64,000 nt of DNA from Phoronis australis (GCA_002633005.1 NMRA01000337.1:124001-188000); one strand, 5' to 3'; shown: positions 13,901 to 28,288, numbered from the stretch's first letter. Notes: generated from the letters alone by a model not told the origin. Numbers and translations: made by a program.

Positions 13901-14182
13901 CATAGGCGTTTAACACCTCATTGGAATCTAAAGACATGTCACCTCTATCATGTTAATGGGTTCATTCGTGGTGGACGAAATGACACAACTGCGCTGCTCT
14001 TCAACAATGCCGTGCCTAATTGAAAAGTGAATGCTTGCAGTCTGCTATTGAAACTAACGAAAATATAAATTCTATACATACTATTAAGACTAACATCGAA
14101 AAAACTACTGTAGTATGAAGTAGGAAACTTAAAAACAAACATAATTGGTTGAATCATCCAGTGATTAGATTAGGTGTTTACG

Positions 14183-14297
14183 TTAAAGGGGAATGCCACC
14201 CGATTTAATTAGTCTTTTTTACCATCTTAATCGGTCTATATCCACGTCGCCTCGCATACGGTGGACCTTACCTTGCCAAGAGGTGTCGCGTTAACCT
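14183..14297 (+). mobile_element. Left-end fragment of the Kolobok-like element
   Basis: ttaaaggggaatgccacccgatttaattagtc... matches 22905-23020. Confidence 0.8.
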
Positions 14298-16900
14298 TCT
14301 AACTGGTACGCATACTTCCTTCTGTGTAGGCAGTTACATCACCTTGTAATGCCGTAGGCACAGCCAGCCGAGGGGTTACATGTTGGCTACAACTTTGGTG
14401 TTTCAGTGTGTATGATTCGACCATTGGGAAAATAAAACCAAGACGAGATTTTAGGGATAGTAATACGTTATTTGGTTTCATTTCATTTTGATTGTTGTGA
14501 TAATCGATATTCATTTGTTTTAGTGATAGTTGAATAATAAAGCTACCTGATCATAATTTAAAAGATTTTGATTTTTTGAAAAATTGCAAATTCAGTTGTG
14601 CCCACTGTAATTCCAAATCAAATATTTGTTATCAAGTGCATTCGATGTTTTAAAAGTTTCAATCCTTTGATTACTCGGCCTTTTGTCGTCCACCAGTGTG
14701 TCAATTTGCAATGCTATTACTATAGTGGGTGTTATGTTGCCCATCTTAGTTACTTATCATTATTGGTTTCCGGTTTGATGTAAGCTATATGAAACCTGCC
14801 TATTTTGTACGACTATTTCGCACTCTTAGCACTGTATACAGAATGCACCAAAATTATTATGTATTTCACGGACATCAGTAAAGTATGGGGTATTTTAGGT
14901 GAAATTACTTCTGAATCTTGCTGCGTATTTTTCACATCCCTAACTGCCGGTCTTGTATTGGATAAACCACGGTTTAAATTTATGCTAACTTTTCTCTCGA
15001 TCAGCTTTTCAACTACCTTTTTTGAACTGTAATTCACCCCCGGGATTTACCACCAATAATTTGTCTTCATAATAGAATCATGTAAACTTTTGGTATGCGT
15101 TTTGGCAATGACAGTGATGATTTCATTAGATTTCACTTTCCAAACAGGTAATCTTCAGTAACGTAGAATTTAGCATAATTAACAATTGAACATGCGATTT
15201 GCCAGCTCGACCAAGTTTGCAGTTATTGGCCTTTCCAGCAGCAACATCAACATCTTGAAGTAATCACTCATCAATGTATACAACGAGAGGCAGAAGTCAG
15301 TGACATGCAACCAGTTGTGTGGCATTCCACAATAGTCCCTACAAGTTATTTCTGTGGACACATGCAGACGATTCCTGGGTCCGTTTCATAAAAGACACAA
15401 ACTTGATGGTCTTACGCTCTCATTTCACTATGATTGCTGTATGCAGTTTTAGTCAAGTAATTATGAGCGCATCACAGTCGAAAACTAATTTACAAAAACT
15501 TTCTCAGCAACTAAGAGTTACGAGTATTTTCTCATAGGTGAGTTTCGATTATTTTTCCGAAATCCTTACGTGGGTCGAAAGACCAAATTCCTTTCTCAAA
15601 TCTTAAGTCACTTCATGAAACATAACGCTGGACTCAACTTCTCACTTGTATATATTTGCTTTTGAAATAAACGTATAAAGATGTTGACACACGTGTGTGT
15701 AAGGGTAAAATTCAATTATCTTCCCGATAAGCCACAGCATAGCACGTGAATTCTGCACGCATTTATACTGAATTCCGGCATCACGCGGAGAAAGTGAACA
15801 TGACCATTTGACGAGTCAGACAGGTGGACTACATGGGCCCGAAATACTTAGGGGATGGGGCTACAAATAAACCCGCATGAGGGGTTGGAGACTTATGCGC
15901 TTGCAGTAGGGGATGGTGATGCTACATGTCGTCACGCAAGCTTATTGAAATTTTCTGTTCCACTGAGTACGGTGCAAGAATCCACGGAGAGACAATACAT
16001 GAGTGCGCAAGTCAAGATGGGTGGACTATTTTTAGGGCGAAATAAATATCCAGCTGTAATGAGTTTTGTGGAGACTGCAGCCGTGTAAGCTATGAACGAG
16101 TGTGGAGGGTCGCGTTTTTTTGTCTTTCCTTAGGCCACTAAAGTGGTCTAAATCTTTACTAACTTCAGTTAATTCGATCGGACATGATTTTTGCAGTAAT
16201 AAATTGAACAATGTAAATGTAACGCCAGACAAGTTAAAGGAGTTCGTTTGTATGACTACTACGAGAAAATGCGGAGTTTGTCGGAACTCAGTAGACAGTA
16301 TGAAATGCCAAAACAACAGATTACTCGACAGCTACACAAACAACGTCACCTGTACATGCAGATCTACATGATATTTTTAGTAGCCCGGCGCACCATCACG
16401 GTACCGTATGTCACCACAGCTACATGTACCAAAGCCGTGAGGAAAGCGTTTATCAAACCATAGGTAAGCGTGACCGCTATCGGAGAGTAGGCGTGAGACG
16501 ACCGTGACTAATTTCTCTCACGCCTGTGTTCCGGTAACGCTCGGGTCTGGCCAGGCGTGAGATAGACCGTAGGAAGTCTAATAATTCAGTGGCTGTACTG
16601 TACAGCAATGCTATAACATTGAAACTGCATATTGTGCGAGTGTTTATTGAGATGTAGTTTACTTGTGAAAGCAACATCCCTAGTGTGTATTTCAGTTGAC
16701 ACATATTTTTGCTATTCATTCTCATTGTTTTTACTGGCGTTTTATTTTAGAGCTCACACTGTCTTATTGAAACATTGGCTGTTATGCTTTGTGTGGTAGT
16801 AATAAGTTTACGTAGTGTTCTATTGTTTTCTTGCATAAAAGTACCATTGCAGATGATGACTGCTGTATGGCTATCCAACTATTCTCTGTCTTCCTTCCAG

Positions 16901-17211
16901 GTTTTCTGGAGGTGTGCAGCTCGTTTACTGTAGCCATGGGAGGATTGCGTGCATCACGCATCCTACACCGAGCACTTGCCGTAAACGTACTGCATTGTGC
17001 TTTGCATTTTTTTGAGGTGACACCTGCTGGACGCCTCATGAATCGGTTTAGCGCTGATGTGTTGGAGATCGACATGGTCGTCCACTTCACCATGCGTTCC
17101 ATGATCAACTGCATTCTGGGATGCATTGCGTCTTTCACAATTGTCGTTGCGACAACGCCCATATGTGCCGCTGTGATACTTCCACTATCCATAATCTACT
17201 CTTTTGTACAG
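16901..17211 (+). CDS. ABCC1: Mutually exclusive TMD2 exon, variant 1
   Basis: ttccag|GT...CAG|gtacac; 311 nt; FFEVTPAGRLMNRFSADVLEID. Confidence 0.9.
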
Positions 17212-17332
17212 GTACACTACATGTGGTGTCACCTTCACCATTCCGCTTTCATCCCAAGATGCTTCAGGGTCTTTTTTTGATTGGCTTCTCAAGCGAACAC
17301 TTAAAATGAATTAAAGATGGTGTTCAATGTTT

Positions 17333-17596
17333 GCGTGTGTGCACCCAGGGGGGCTCGGGGGCTTTGAATGAGCCCCCCCCAAATTGTTGAAGTGGGCAAA
17401 AGGTCCACCCCCGAGAGACAAAAAGTCCAAGAAAATCGGACAAAAGTCCACTAAATAAGTGCAAAGTCGCAACTCACAGAGGTGCTCCCGTTTTTTGTTT
17501 TTTTTTTCTTTAGTCCACCCCCTCTTTTGTTAGCGAATGGTCCACAGCGTCGAGAATTCGAGCCCCCCCCCAAATCGAAGGCTGGGTGCGCGCATG
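17333..17596. mobile_element. MITE, same family as 58015-58222
   Basis: gcacccagggggg...gaaggctgggtgcgcgcatg; shared internal aagtgggcaaaaggtccacc. Confidence 0.75.
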
Positions 17597-18052
17597 GTTA
17601 GTATCTTCAAATCGGCATTTAGCAAAGCTCTTGCAGAACCAGTAACTGACTTTGAACCTGCAAGGAAGACAGGTTCATCATCATTTCTTAATGACACACT
17701 CTTGTACGAGTATTTGAACATCTACTAAATGTGAGAGTGAAGAAAGTTAAACCACTTAACAGTGTTTAGTATTCATTTTTTTGCTTCGTGGAATTTGTTG
17801 GTTTTCAATGTGCACAAATGAGATAACGCTCCTATCATTCCTGCTTTTGTCCAGAGCTTCTCACCAAAAGCACGCTCTCAAGCGATTGGATTTGTGTGCT
17901 CATCTCCCTCATGCTTTTTTTTCTCTGGAACAAGCAAAGCCTTGGTATTTGTTGATGCAGTAATTAGTTGAAAAGGCACCCCGTGTTATAAAAGGCCCCC
18001 CGTGGTCTAAAAGACACCCCGTGGAATAAATGCAAGTGTTCACCAACTTTTA

Positions 18053-18797
18053 GAGAGGTTTCGCAAAGCGACATGAACATGAATTATCACGCATACTTAA
18101 TTACACGTGCTGATTCACATTACAGTAACAAAAATGGGTTTTGCAAAAGCTAAACGATTACGTGAACTTGAAAGTATATGTGAACTAAATAACTGAGTTC
18201 AAGCTGTCCAGTTATTGTAGTTCATACCATATGTACTACGATAACTGGACATCCTGATATTATCTGTTACAGATATGCAAGATAGAAATATATGCTGAAT
18301 GTGAAAAAAGTCGTTTCTATGATCTCCTGTGAAAGATGATCAACTCTTAGAATGCGAAATTTATTTGCAGTTTAAAATGAGTAGATGCAAGTAAATTGAG
18401 CATGTAAAAAGTTTTACTGCACAAAATCAAATCTGTTCAAATCCATTCTAGTTCGATTATATTCAGTGAACCTTGGCAGAATAAGGATTTTGGATAAAGG
18501 CCTTCCTTCAGCTAGACTTCGAGAATATTTATCGACAAAAGAATCGTGTTTGTTTTATACTGAAGCAAAGACGAACTATTGAGAACCTTATTAACATAAA
18601 AATTGTTTCATTGTTATGCCAAATATGAATTAAAAATGGGCCACAGGTTTCACATTTAAAGTGACGTGAATCTCCCTGTATTTGCATAAAATTGCAAACA
18701 CTATCGGGAGTACGTCACAGCCAACAATAACATGTATGACGGGGAATTATATATGCGTGATTATAATAAATGTTAATGTCGCTTTGCGAAACCTCTG
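18053..18797. mobile_element. MITE with about 45-bp imperfect TIRs and TA flanks
   Basis: agaggtttcgcaaagcgacat...tcacgcata / tatgcgtga...atgtcgctttgcgaaacctct. Confidence 0.7.
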
Positions 18798-19108
18798 TAA
18801 TATTGACAATGAAGACATTTGGTAATTGAACAATAAAGTCACTTGGATGTATAACTTCTTCCATTTACATGTGCTTTTTTCAGACTCTTCGTGAATTACC
18901 TGAATGCCGTCTACCCATTAATAACAGTTGAAAAGATAATATTTTTACATTTTTTACTGTTGATATGCTTGCATCTGTGTGTTTCACCATGCGTTTATTA
19001 CTCAATGGACCAGAATCTTCGTCATTTCAGCTTTGCCAACTTGTGTATTGCCTGGTCACATTTGCAACGTAGTGTTTTGACATTGTTTGACATTATGTTT
19101 TATGTCAG

Positions 19109-19419
19109 CCATCCTAGTCACCATTGTGTCCGTGGTAGCTTACCTTGTGATGCTCGATGCCGTGCAGAGCATGCACAGCCAAATGTTCAACAATGTCCTG
19201 CATGCACCCCAGAAGTTCTTTGACGTGACTCCTAGTGGACGCATTTTGAACCGTTTCTCAAAGGACGTCAACATGATGGATGTGATTGTACCGTGGTCTC
19301 TCCGTTCTTGGCTGGAGCTGGCACTCACCACTACCTTCACAGTGGCTGTGATCTGTTTTAGCACGCCCATATTCACAGCGGTTGTTCTGCCCCTTGGTGT
19401 CCTTTACTTTCTGTTGCAG
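19109..19419 (+). CDS. ABCC1: Mutually exclusive TMD2 exon, variant 2
   Basis: gtcag|CC...CAG|gtattg; 311 nt; FFDVTPSGRILNRFSKDVNMMD. Confidence 0.9.
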
Positions 19420-20093
19420 GTATTGTGTCATGTGCGTGTTCCTGCCTGCCTTGTAGCTAGACATTTCAAGATTCATGTTTCGGGTCTGCATAGCATTCTC
19501 CATAATAATGCCTTTCACTGTAATGGCGCTTACTTGCAATAGTTGGTGTCTGTCTCTGTTTGTGCTGCTCTAGTGCCAAACGAGGTCATACAAACTGCTT
19601 CGAGTTAACAGTTTGACTTGTGGTTGGCCCTGCTTCATCCATTTTTCCACATTATGAAAATAACTCTGTATGCTTGCTGTATAATCCTATTTATGAAAGG
19701 GAATTCTTTAACATCTTATATCTGGGTCTTTAGTCTCCATGTGCAAAACTGTGCTCGTCATTGGCAACTGCGAGTGTACTGCACACCTTTGCTCGTTCTT
19801 CTAAGAATGCTGTAACACCTAAATGTGAACTGGCTAATCGTAAAGTCATAGCCATGTTAACAGGCTAGGGGTTGGTGTTTACAAACCATTTGTCTATTTT
19901 GATTCATTTCTTTTCAGGTATATGTTTTTCTTTCCAACCACTTTCTACTTCATAGGTCATTTCTTTTATTTAAGTACTGCTCAGAACTGGTGCAGAAGCA
20001 TCGAAAAAAATGTGTCTGGATTTTCTTTATCGTATGAATCAAGTCTTGGAGAACATTCGTTCACTCGTTTTTCTTTCTTTTCTTACCACCCAG

Positions 20094-20404
20094 CTGTGTT
20101 CTCTTTCCTCGGATCATTTTTTCTTTGGATGGGCACGTTGGGGGCTGCCGGCCACTTGCACCAGCTTCTCTTGTCTCACATTATTCAGTCACCAATGACC
20201 TTCTTCGATACAGTCCCTATTGGTCGGATCATGAACCGCTTCTCCCAAGACATAGTATCACTGGACCAAACTCTGCCACAGATGTTTGGAGCGTTTCTGT
20301 TGACGTTCCTTGCCAGCGTATCCACCGTCCTTGTCGTTGCCATTGGCACACCGCTGTTTGTAGCAGTGCTCCCCATTCTTATGGTTTTATACGTAATAGT
20401 GCAG
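20094..20404 (+). CDS. ABCC1: Mutually exclusive TMD2 exon, variant 3
   Basis: cccag|CT...CAG|gtttga; 311 nt; FFDTVPIGRIMNRFSQDIVSLD. Confidence 0.9.
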
Positions 20405-21045
20405 GTTTGAATTCAACATGTTTTTCAGTGTATAATGTTATGTACTTTTAATTTGTTGTTTTGTTTCCGTTATTTGGTGTTAGTGTGTAATAACTGCATG
20501 TATTTGAAGCAAGAATCCTGCATGTGCATACAAAATGAATGAAGTGCAGTCTTTCACACAAGTACAAAATAAATTAAAAGTAACTTGAACAGCTTCAAGG
20601 ATGAAATTCAAACTTGGAAATATGTGCTCGTCAGACTGACTGGTCACTGAATTGACTATGGTTCTGTTCACTTGATGATATGATGCCACTGTAAACAAAA
20701 GCGATGGTCACAAGGACTTTAGTGTGTCTAAGCAAAATGTTGGAGTAGTTATATATAATTATTTTGTGAATTCAAGGATGATGCCTGACCTGTGAATCTT
20801 GTCCTGTACAGAAAAAATGTCGGGGGAAAATGTCTGCTTAGATTGGTCAGTTAAACTAGTTTGATTGACACATGGCCACTTGTCAATTCCGTTACAGACT
20901 AATTTTCATCCTCAGATGCAAATACAACTGAAAGGGTAAAACATGGGTATAGTGTGAACAAAGTGATCCAAAGTCATGAAACATCAATATCTGAATTGAT
21001 AGATACAGTAATTTCATCGGAAATGTTGATGATATTTTGTTTCAG

Positions 21046-21356
21046 GGGTCATTAGTATGACTGGAGCTGTTTGGGTTAGACTTGGTAGTCTGGTAGCATC
21101 CAAACGTCTGTTTGATCGGCTGCTAGCCAACATCCTCTGTTGCAAGATGCTCTTTTACGATACCAACCCTATTGGCCGCATCGTCAATCGGCTGTCGGAG
21201 GATGTCTTTTGCCTGGATGTGAAATACCAAGTGACGATTGACCAGTTCTTCTCATGCTTGTTTGAGACTTTGGCCGTTTTAGTGGTGGTGATTTATGGAG
21301 TACCGGTGTTTTTGGCTGTAATTCCAGTGTTGTTTTTAGCCTACTTTCTCATTCAG
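21046..21356 (+). CDS. ABCC1: Mutually exclusive TMD2 exon, variant 4
   Basis: ttcag|GG...CAG|gtagac; 311 nt; FYDTNPIGRIVNRLSEDVFCLD. Confidence 0.9.
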
Positions 21357-22052
21357 GTAGACATTAAACCTCCATTGACTATTAGCTTTACACCTAGGAT
21401 CGGTTGCATAAAAGTTATACCAGAACTGTTGTTGTATACCACTATTGCTGTCATAGCGATGAAACATGTGTCAGTGCTGTGCTACTTTAACTCAATCTTG
21501 TTCTATCCTCCCGTCAAATTTTTATAATGGAAACTGCCCACAGACATCACCTGTTGTAGTGATGTGCGTTGGCAGTTTGCTGGGTTTATAATTCTACACC
21601 TAAGTATAGATGTGGATACTTTCAATTTAAGCGAGTGTGCACAAACTTATGTTGTGCACAACACTTCCATTTTTATCACTTTCATTTCCAAGAAGTGTTC
21701 CCAAATTGCACTGATGATGCAGAGTGCCCCCATTGTGTTGGATTCCCCCTCATGAGCCTGGATGTGACACTTTGAATGACACGTATTACAGCCTCTTGTT
21801 TAAAATCATGCTACAACTGAACTCATCCAACGGATAAGCTCTGGAGTTTTATGCACCCGAACCCAGGTCTTGGCAGACGCCGAGTGATAAAGGCACCCCT
21901 CTGCGCATTGCAAGCTTGCTGTACTCCCTAGTCTTTGTTCTTAGGAAACTTCTAAAGCTTGTCCTCTATGTTTTTAAACTTAACTGTCTCCGACATATGT
22001 TCAGTCAGTCTGTGTAAACCTTAGGGATTTTGTAGCCAGCATTGTAAGTAAT

Positions 22053-22262
22053 GCTGCTCAATTTTGGAGGGTCTGCTCACTTTGTGACACCTATTGTAGA
22101 GGGGTGATGAGAGCTCAATTTTGGAGAGTCTTTTCACTTTGTGACACCTATTGTAGAGGGGAGACGAGTGCTCAATTTTGGAGGGCCTTCTCACTTTGTG
22201 ACACGTATTGTAGAGGGGAGACGTGTGCTCAATTTTGGAGGGTGTTTTCGCTTTGTGACACA
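22053..22262. repeat. About 59-bp minisatellite, 3.5 units, plus one dispersed unit near 25811-25865
   Basis: gctcaattttggagggt...cactttgtgacacctattgtagagggg repeated. Confidence 0.9.
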
Positions 22263-22904
22263 TTGTAGTTCGGGGTCAGACTTTGGGCACAACGTGAGTC
22301 AAGTGATACAGTGTTGTGTTTATCATCAAGGCAATAATTGTGGATGTTATTGAGGTTGAATGAGGTTACATGATGGAAAGGCACGTGCCGAAACGACCTT
22401 TTTTACAAGCACTTGTGCAGGCCATTGAAACTAGATCCCAGTGAAATGAAAACCAAAAGCATCTGGTATAACTGTCCTTTCTCAAAGAGTGACATTAACT
22501 TTAAATTTCCTTTCAGAAAAATGGCTTTGTACTAATGGTAAAAAATTTTCAATTTGGTACACATTATGCGGAAATTACATTCAGTGACTGCATCGATTGT
22601 CTTATTGTCAGTAAAAAGCCCGTTAATATTACACTTTGGTCAAATAAATTTTTCATCAACAGGCAAGTTTGTCACTAATTATTCAAACCACAATATTTCT
22701 TCAGTTTTAAAGCCCATATAGTGCAGTTGTGCTGCTTCTTTGTTAAGCTGAAATGAGAATGGGTTACTCTCACTAATTGTCATTTCCTGTTGACCTATAG
22801 AAATGTCCAACAATCAAAACGAAGTATTCCCTTTGTTTGCATTTGATTTGCTTATGCGTGTAACTGTTTTAGAGCTTTCTTAAGAAGACCTTTGAACAGT
22901 TGTG

Positions 22905-24564
22905 TTAAAGGAGAATGCAACCCGATTTAATTAGTCTTTTTTACCGTCTTAATCGGTCTATATATACATTGCCTCTTATACGGTCGACCTCACCTTGCCG
23001 AGAGGTGTCGCGTTAACCTGTGAGGAAGGTGAGAAATGACGCAGCGACGTCAGTGGTTCGTCTGCAGAGGGAATGCCGCTATCTCACGGTGCATTGGTTC
23101 CCGCTTGTCCGAACTATGAAGCTGTTAAGGAAGCAGGTATATCGTTTTTCCGACTTCCTCGAGAGCCCGAAATGCTTAGGAATTGGCTCGTGGTAGTGAA
23201 GAATGAAAGGTACGCTGTTAATAGCAAGTGTGAGGCCGTGAAACGTCTCCGTGCATTTCGTCGACAGTGATTTCTCTGACGAATTCCGGCTTACCAAAGA
23301 ACTATCCATAAGTTCCGTTGCCTGTGCATGTTCACGGCGCCTCTCTAGTATTTCTTGATCAGTGTATTCGAATTGATAGCTGTGAAACCTACAGATCCGA
23401 TCAGTGAAGTCTTCGTCAGATGACCTCTTGACTAACTAAGTCGGGATTGGCGCCGGGCGAGTTGCCATGTAGACGTTTATTATTCTGCGTTCTGTTTCAA
23501 AATGAATTATTCTCATCCTAACCAATGCTTATATAAAACTGAATCAAAGTCTGTCTCATTAGATACAATTTGTAATGCGTTTGCAGTATTTGTGAGTGCA
23601 AATTTTGAGAAGCCAGCAATGAATAAACCACGGCGTTAATTACCGGGTTTTGATGCCGACAATGACCGGACACCGAGGTCGTGTGAGCGCATGTTAATTC
23701 AGTGTTTGCTGACAGAAAGCTGTTGTGAAACAATTACTCGATTTTATATCTATGGTCACATGTTAGGGGAATCTTTATTCATAAATACACTAAATACATT
23801 GTTCAAATCATTAGTTACTTTACAACCTTTGCCCTGACGGTCTGTGGAAGGGGAACCCGACTTTGCGGCAACCGACAATTAGTAAGTAGGCCTAAATTTT
23901 CAGTTTCGTGGCTAATTCCCATTATTTCTTTGGCTCACTATTACAGTCTTTCTGTCGGTTTAGTTTTCAATTCAAGCTGGTTATTTTCGTGCCAGTCCGG
24001 CGGCCACGACGGGCCTGATGGGGTTCCGAGCCACTGGCCAGGATAATGAGTCCAGCCGCGACGGGCCTGATCGAGTTCTGAGCCCTGGTCGGGATAACAA
24101 GCGTTTTGTGTCTTTAGAACTCAAAAGTCATAAGTCTAAACAACACAATTCTGGGTTCTCCTGTCTCTATTTCACGGAAGAATACTTCGAATTTATCTCC
24201 GAACAGACTCCAAACTATGCACCTTGGTAAATTGGCCTGCCGAACTTCGTAGGCTACGGTGTGTCCAAATAAAAATAAATCCGTAACAGCTAAGTTAAAC
24301 ACATTTTTATAAGAACTCTGTGTTTTTTAAGGGTTTTACATCGAAGTTCGATTATTTTTTGGTGTTAAACGATGAATTCAAGCGAAAAACTGACACCAGT
24401 AACCTATGTTGTGAACTGCGGTGAAGACTGCGCGTGAAACCAATTACGTCATTGGATAATTTCAACACCTCCGTCTGCCGCAACCGAACGTGCCGTTATC
24501 GAGTAGAACTACTCGATTCAATTGATAGAAAATGGGTTGTTTTTTGGGTGGCATACTCCTTTAA
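22905..24564 (+). mobile_element. Non-autonomous Kolobok-like DNA transposon with THAP remnant
   Basis: TTAA|AGGAGAATGC...GCATACTCCT|TTAA; THAP-like VPACPN..ISFFRLP..W..(VCGRHF in the sister copy). Confidence 0.8.
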
Positions 24565-25505
24565 CTTGTCTATAACAAAAGTTCCACATGCAAGTAAAGA
24601 ATGTTTTCAATCATAGCTAGCTGGATAAGAGTCTGCTATGCACAAGATTCAAGAGTAAACAATAATCAGTGTATTTAAAAACAAAATGGCAAACTGAACA
24701 ACCACATACATACAAAGGAACAACGTTGTTAAAAACAATTATAATTTTCCCATAATCATGGATATGAAGGGCTGACTTTCTGAACTGAGAGGGTCAGTTG
24801 TCTCTGGTTATTGCTGCTTTGTGCTTTGTTCAAAGGTAAAATAGATGGTAAGGCGGTTGGTTTCAGTCATTTTCTCTCACCTGTAACAGAAATATTAGTA
24901 AATTATAAAAGAAAACACAAGGCAAAACTACTTTTGTAAGGCAGAATATACTTGACATTTCATCTTCATGTTTATTTGTAGAAACTAATAATCTTTGTAC
25001 CCAAGCCTTATTTCAGTTCTGAATTAAGATATGTGAAACATGCGGAAAGTGATTTAAGAATGTGTATTTTTTCATGACACCTAAAATGTCTTTCTGATCT
25101 CAACAAATAAAATTCATTCTAGGTGTCAATATTTATTCCAATGTAATGTTGCGAATTTACTGAATACGTCATTCATGTTAAGTCTGTAACCACTAGTCAC
25201 TGGGGTGGGGTCTGTTATAAAGTAAGGAAACCCATTCATCTAGCCGAGAGAATTTTATTGGACATAGCATAGTTTTGAAGAGTAACTGCTGTGAAAAAGT
25301 TACCCTTGACTTCCGAGCGGCACGTTCCATAACCTCTTATATTGGGAGCCCTCCCACCAGGACAATATGTGCTGCTACAGTGCTAGCCTATCATCCAGAT
25401 CCCGGGTGCGTTTTTTAAAAGAAACACTTAGTTCCATTGAGTTAACCCGTTATTCAGTGGGGATAACATCACTGAACAATGTCGATAGAAACTGATTGCT
25501 AAAAA

Positions 25506-25812
25506 CTTACCAAGTAACGTGATCATGTAGTCTCTCAATGGAAATGCATAGAGCACATACGGGTCATGAGGTTTCGGCATCCTTACACTTTTTTGATTGC
25601 AATTCTACACACCTTAGGTCTTTTGAGATTTTGTGACCGCCTGTCAAAGGTTTGCTCTTTGGGAAATAGCAATAATAAGGCTGAGTGCGATGACGTATTA
25701 CGATAATATTTCCGTCTTTTTACTAGCTGTTTACATGCAGACAGCGACACATGCACAATTCAATCACCATTAGTACAACAGCAACACCATGAGGCGAATT
25801 CGTCAAATAGCT
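25506..25812 (-). mobile_element. THAP-remnant repeat, second family; copy of 58617-58955
   Basis: shared tgtagtctc.caatggaaatgcatagagcaca...gggaaatagcaataataaggct; minus-strand RVCSMHF motif in the sister copy. Confidence 0.6.
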
Positions 25813-27540
25813 CCATTTTGGAGGTCTTTTCACTTTGTGACACCTATTGTAGAGGGGAGATGAGTTTTACAGATTTGTGGTAATATGTTGTAATAAAACT
25901 ATTTCTATGGATTCCGTCAATATACAGGAAAAATCACCATCTCGCGTGTTTCAAAGTTACAAATGTGACCCTTAATTTCTGGGAAAATGTAATTTGTCAT
26001 TGCAAAATTCTGGAATTTTTACCATTGACTAAAACTTTACCAGCATAAGCTCACGGTGTAGCTTTGTGGAATAATCAGTAGGTTGGTAGTCAAGAACAAT
26101 CTGTAGACACAGCAGTATCAGTCTTGGTTTGTGTTCATAAACCAACTGCATCCATCAACTAGCTAATCACAAGCCATACATATGTACTGCTTAAGACCTC
26201 TGAAGGAAAGTCATTCACAACCATCTTGTTTTTTATTCATTCGACATTTTTCATTTGTTCATGTTAGTTGGAATTGTAGTATCTTAACAGAAAAATTTCC
26301 TTGAGACGAGTTTTGTTGAACCCGGCATTCCATGGCCTTAATAGATACACAGTCAAACTGGTGGCAGACTGATCTAGTGTCGGGCATCAGTCAATGTAAA
26401 AGATGACTCAGAGTCATCGCAGTTTTAGCTGGAGTAAATCTTGTTCGTGGCAGTGGATTTTTATTGAAGCGATCTCACGGCTATTCTGTTTATGGTGTTT
26501 TCATGTTTATTTGGGAACCATAACTTTCCAAATAATAGTTGGAGAATATTAGACATCCAGCCGATAAATATCAGCAAAAAAAATAAAGTTAATTCTGGGC
26601 TTAATTATGGGTGACATTGTGTCTTCATCACCAGGACTTTTACTAGCAATTGCCGTGGTAGTGTTAGGCTGATGACATAATCAGCGCGGAATCAGGATGC
26701 AAAATCGCTCAGTTAAAATGTAAGTCAAGTATTAGTTTTAATTTTTTTGCTGATTTCTATATTATAGATTCAAAAAAGAAGTTTCACCCCAAAACGTGAA
26801 CCAACATTCAGGCTTGGCTATTTAAAGTCCATTTAGGATAATAAAACAATCATCTTTTCAGCCAATACCTCAACCTTAATTTTTAAACTGTGTTTACTTA
26901 CACAGTCCAACTGAGGCAGTTGTGTGACTAAAAGCAGGATTCACAAAAACTAAACTAACTTATACTGAGCCTGCATGTTACTTTCAGAAGGCCTGTTGTG
27001 TGTGAACAACACCCATGACTTAACAAGGGTCCGGAAATTCTAAGCCACTATGCAGACTAGTTGCCCATGTGAAATACTGGTTTTCATAAATGGTGATGCA
27101 CGGACCTTAAATATGGTTATGAAAGTGTGATACTTTTTCGAAGACTAAAAAGTAACATAAGACATTAAAAGACCTAACATCCAATATGTTTCATTTACTA
27201 ATGACACAATTTTGACTTTCCATTGCAGAATTCCATGGTAGCAGCGAGAAGCAAAAATTGGAAGTGTTAAATTTTTGCATTGTATCTTCACAAAAGAATA
27301 GCAAATAAAATTATTAAAGGATTATCTCACATGTACCCTGTAAATAATTGCAAATCATAAGTAGCATTGGCTCTCTATTGAGCAGAGGCTCATAACAGTA
27401 CTGTAGGGATAAGTTTGTCCACTTATGCTCGCCATGTTTTTTCTCAAAGGAAGGAAAAATGTCACCTGTTTTTGATTCCTGGAACAACAATTGCAGCCAC
27501 ACCTAGTGAGACTGGTATCTTTTTGTTGGTGTTTTTGCAG

Positions 27541-27851
27541 GTCTGTCGGCTTTCCTGGGCTCACTCCTTCTTAACTTCGGTGTTCTTCTTGCTGCCCGCA
27601 TTTTACATTACAAAATGCTTTGTAACATCCTCTCAGCACCCTCATCCTTCTTTGATGTTACACCGATTGGACGACTTGTGAATCGGTTTGCCAAGGATGT
27701 GGACACAATGGACACAATACTGTGTGAACTCTGGAAAGCTGTTTTAAGAACGTTTTTCACCAACGTGGGCACGGTCATGGTGATCTGTGCCAGCACTCCA
27801 CTCTTTCTTGCCGTTTTTATCCCCCTCGCTCTTTTCTTTGGTTGTGTGCAG
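27541..27851 (+). CDS. ABCC1: Mutually exclusive TMD2 exon, variant 5
   Basis: tgcag|GT...CAG|gtacag; 311 nt; FFDVTPIGRLVNRFAKDVDTMD. Confidence 0.9.
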
Positions 27852-28244
27852 GTACAGATATCTTCATTGTAGTTTGTATGAGACACTGTTTCCATCTGCC
27901 TGTGTACGTGTGCGATATATACAAAGCCATGGGCAGTGTGTATTTTATTGTTTCTTATTGCCTTCAAATAAATTTTAGTGTTTTTCTCCCAAATATTTCA
28001 TGGCATCATGAAACCATGATTTTGCTGTGAAAATAATTATATTCATTTGAAGAAATGCCCAGAAAGCCAAAAAGTATGCTGTGAAAATTGGTGCTAAGTG
28101 ACATCAAAACTTGGCTAACGGAAATATACACTGCACACAGCTTCAGTCTGTTAGTGTGTAGCACTAGAGCACATTTCATTTTTGTAGACTTTAGTTTGCA
28201 TTAAGTTTCCATCCCATCTTATCGTTTTGGGTATTGGTGTCATC

Positions 28245-28288
28245 TCTGTGTGTGTGTGTGTGTGTATGTGTGCGTGTACGTGTGTGTG
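28245..28288. repeat. (TG)n microsatellite between variants 5 and 6
   Basis: tgtgtgtg... run. Confidence 0.85.

Larger units (their letters stand above)
12031..16600. mobile_element. 4.6-kb composite TIR element with TA target duplication
   Basis: TA|CAGTACAGCCACTGAATTATTAGACTT ... AAGTCTAATAATTCAGTGGCTGTACTG|TA; subterminal ggcgtgag repeats at both ends. Confidence 0.75.

Noticed and set aside
19566-28171. 11-nt complement TGCTCTAGTGC (19566) / GCACTAGAGCA (28161) as a splicing pair
   Set aside because: A single short match that does not recur at other variants; within chance expectation.
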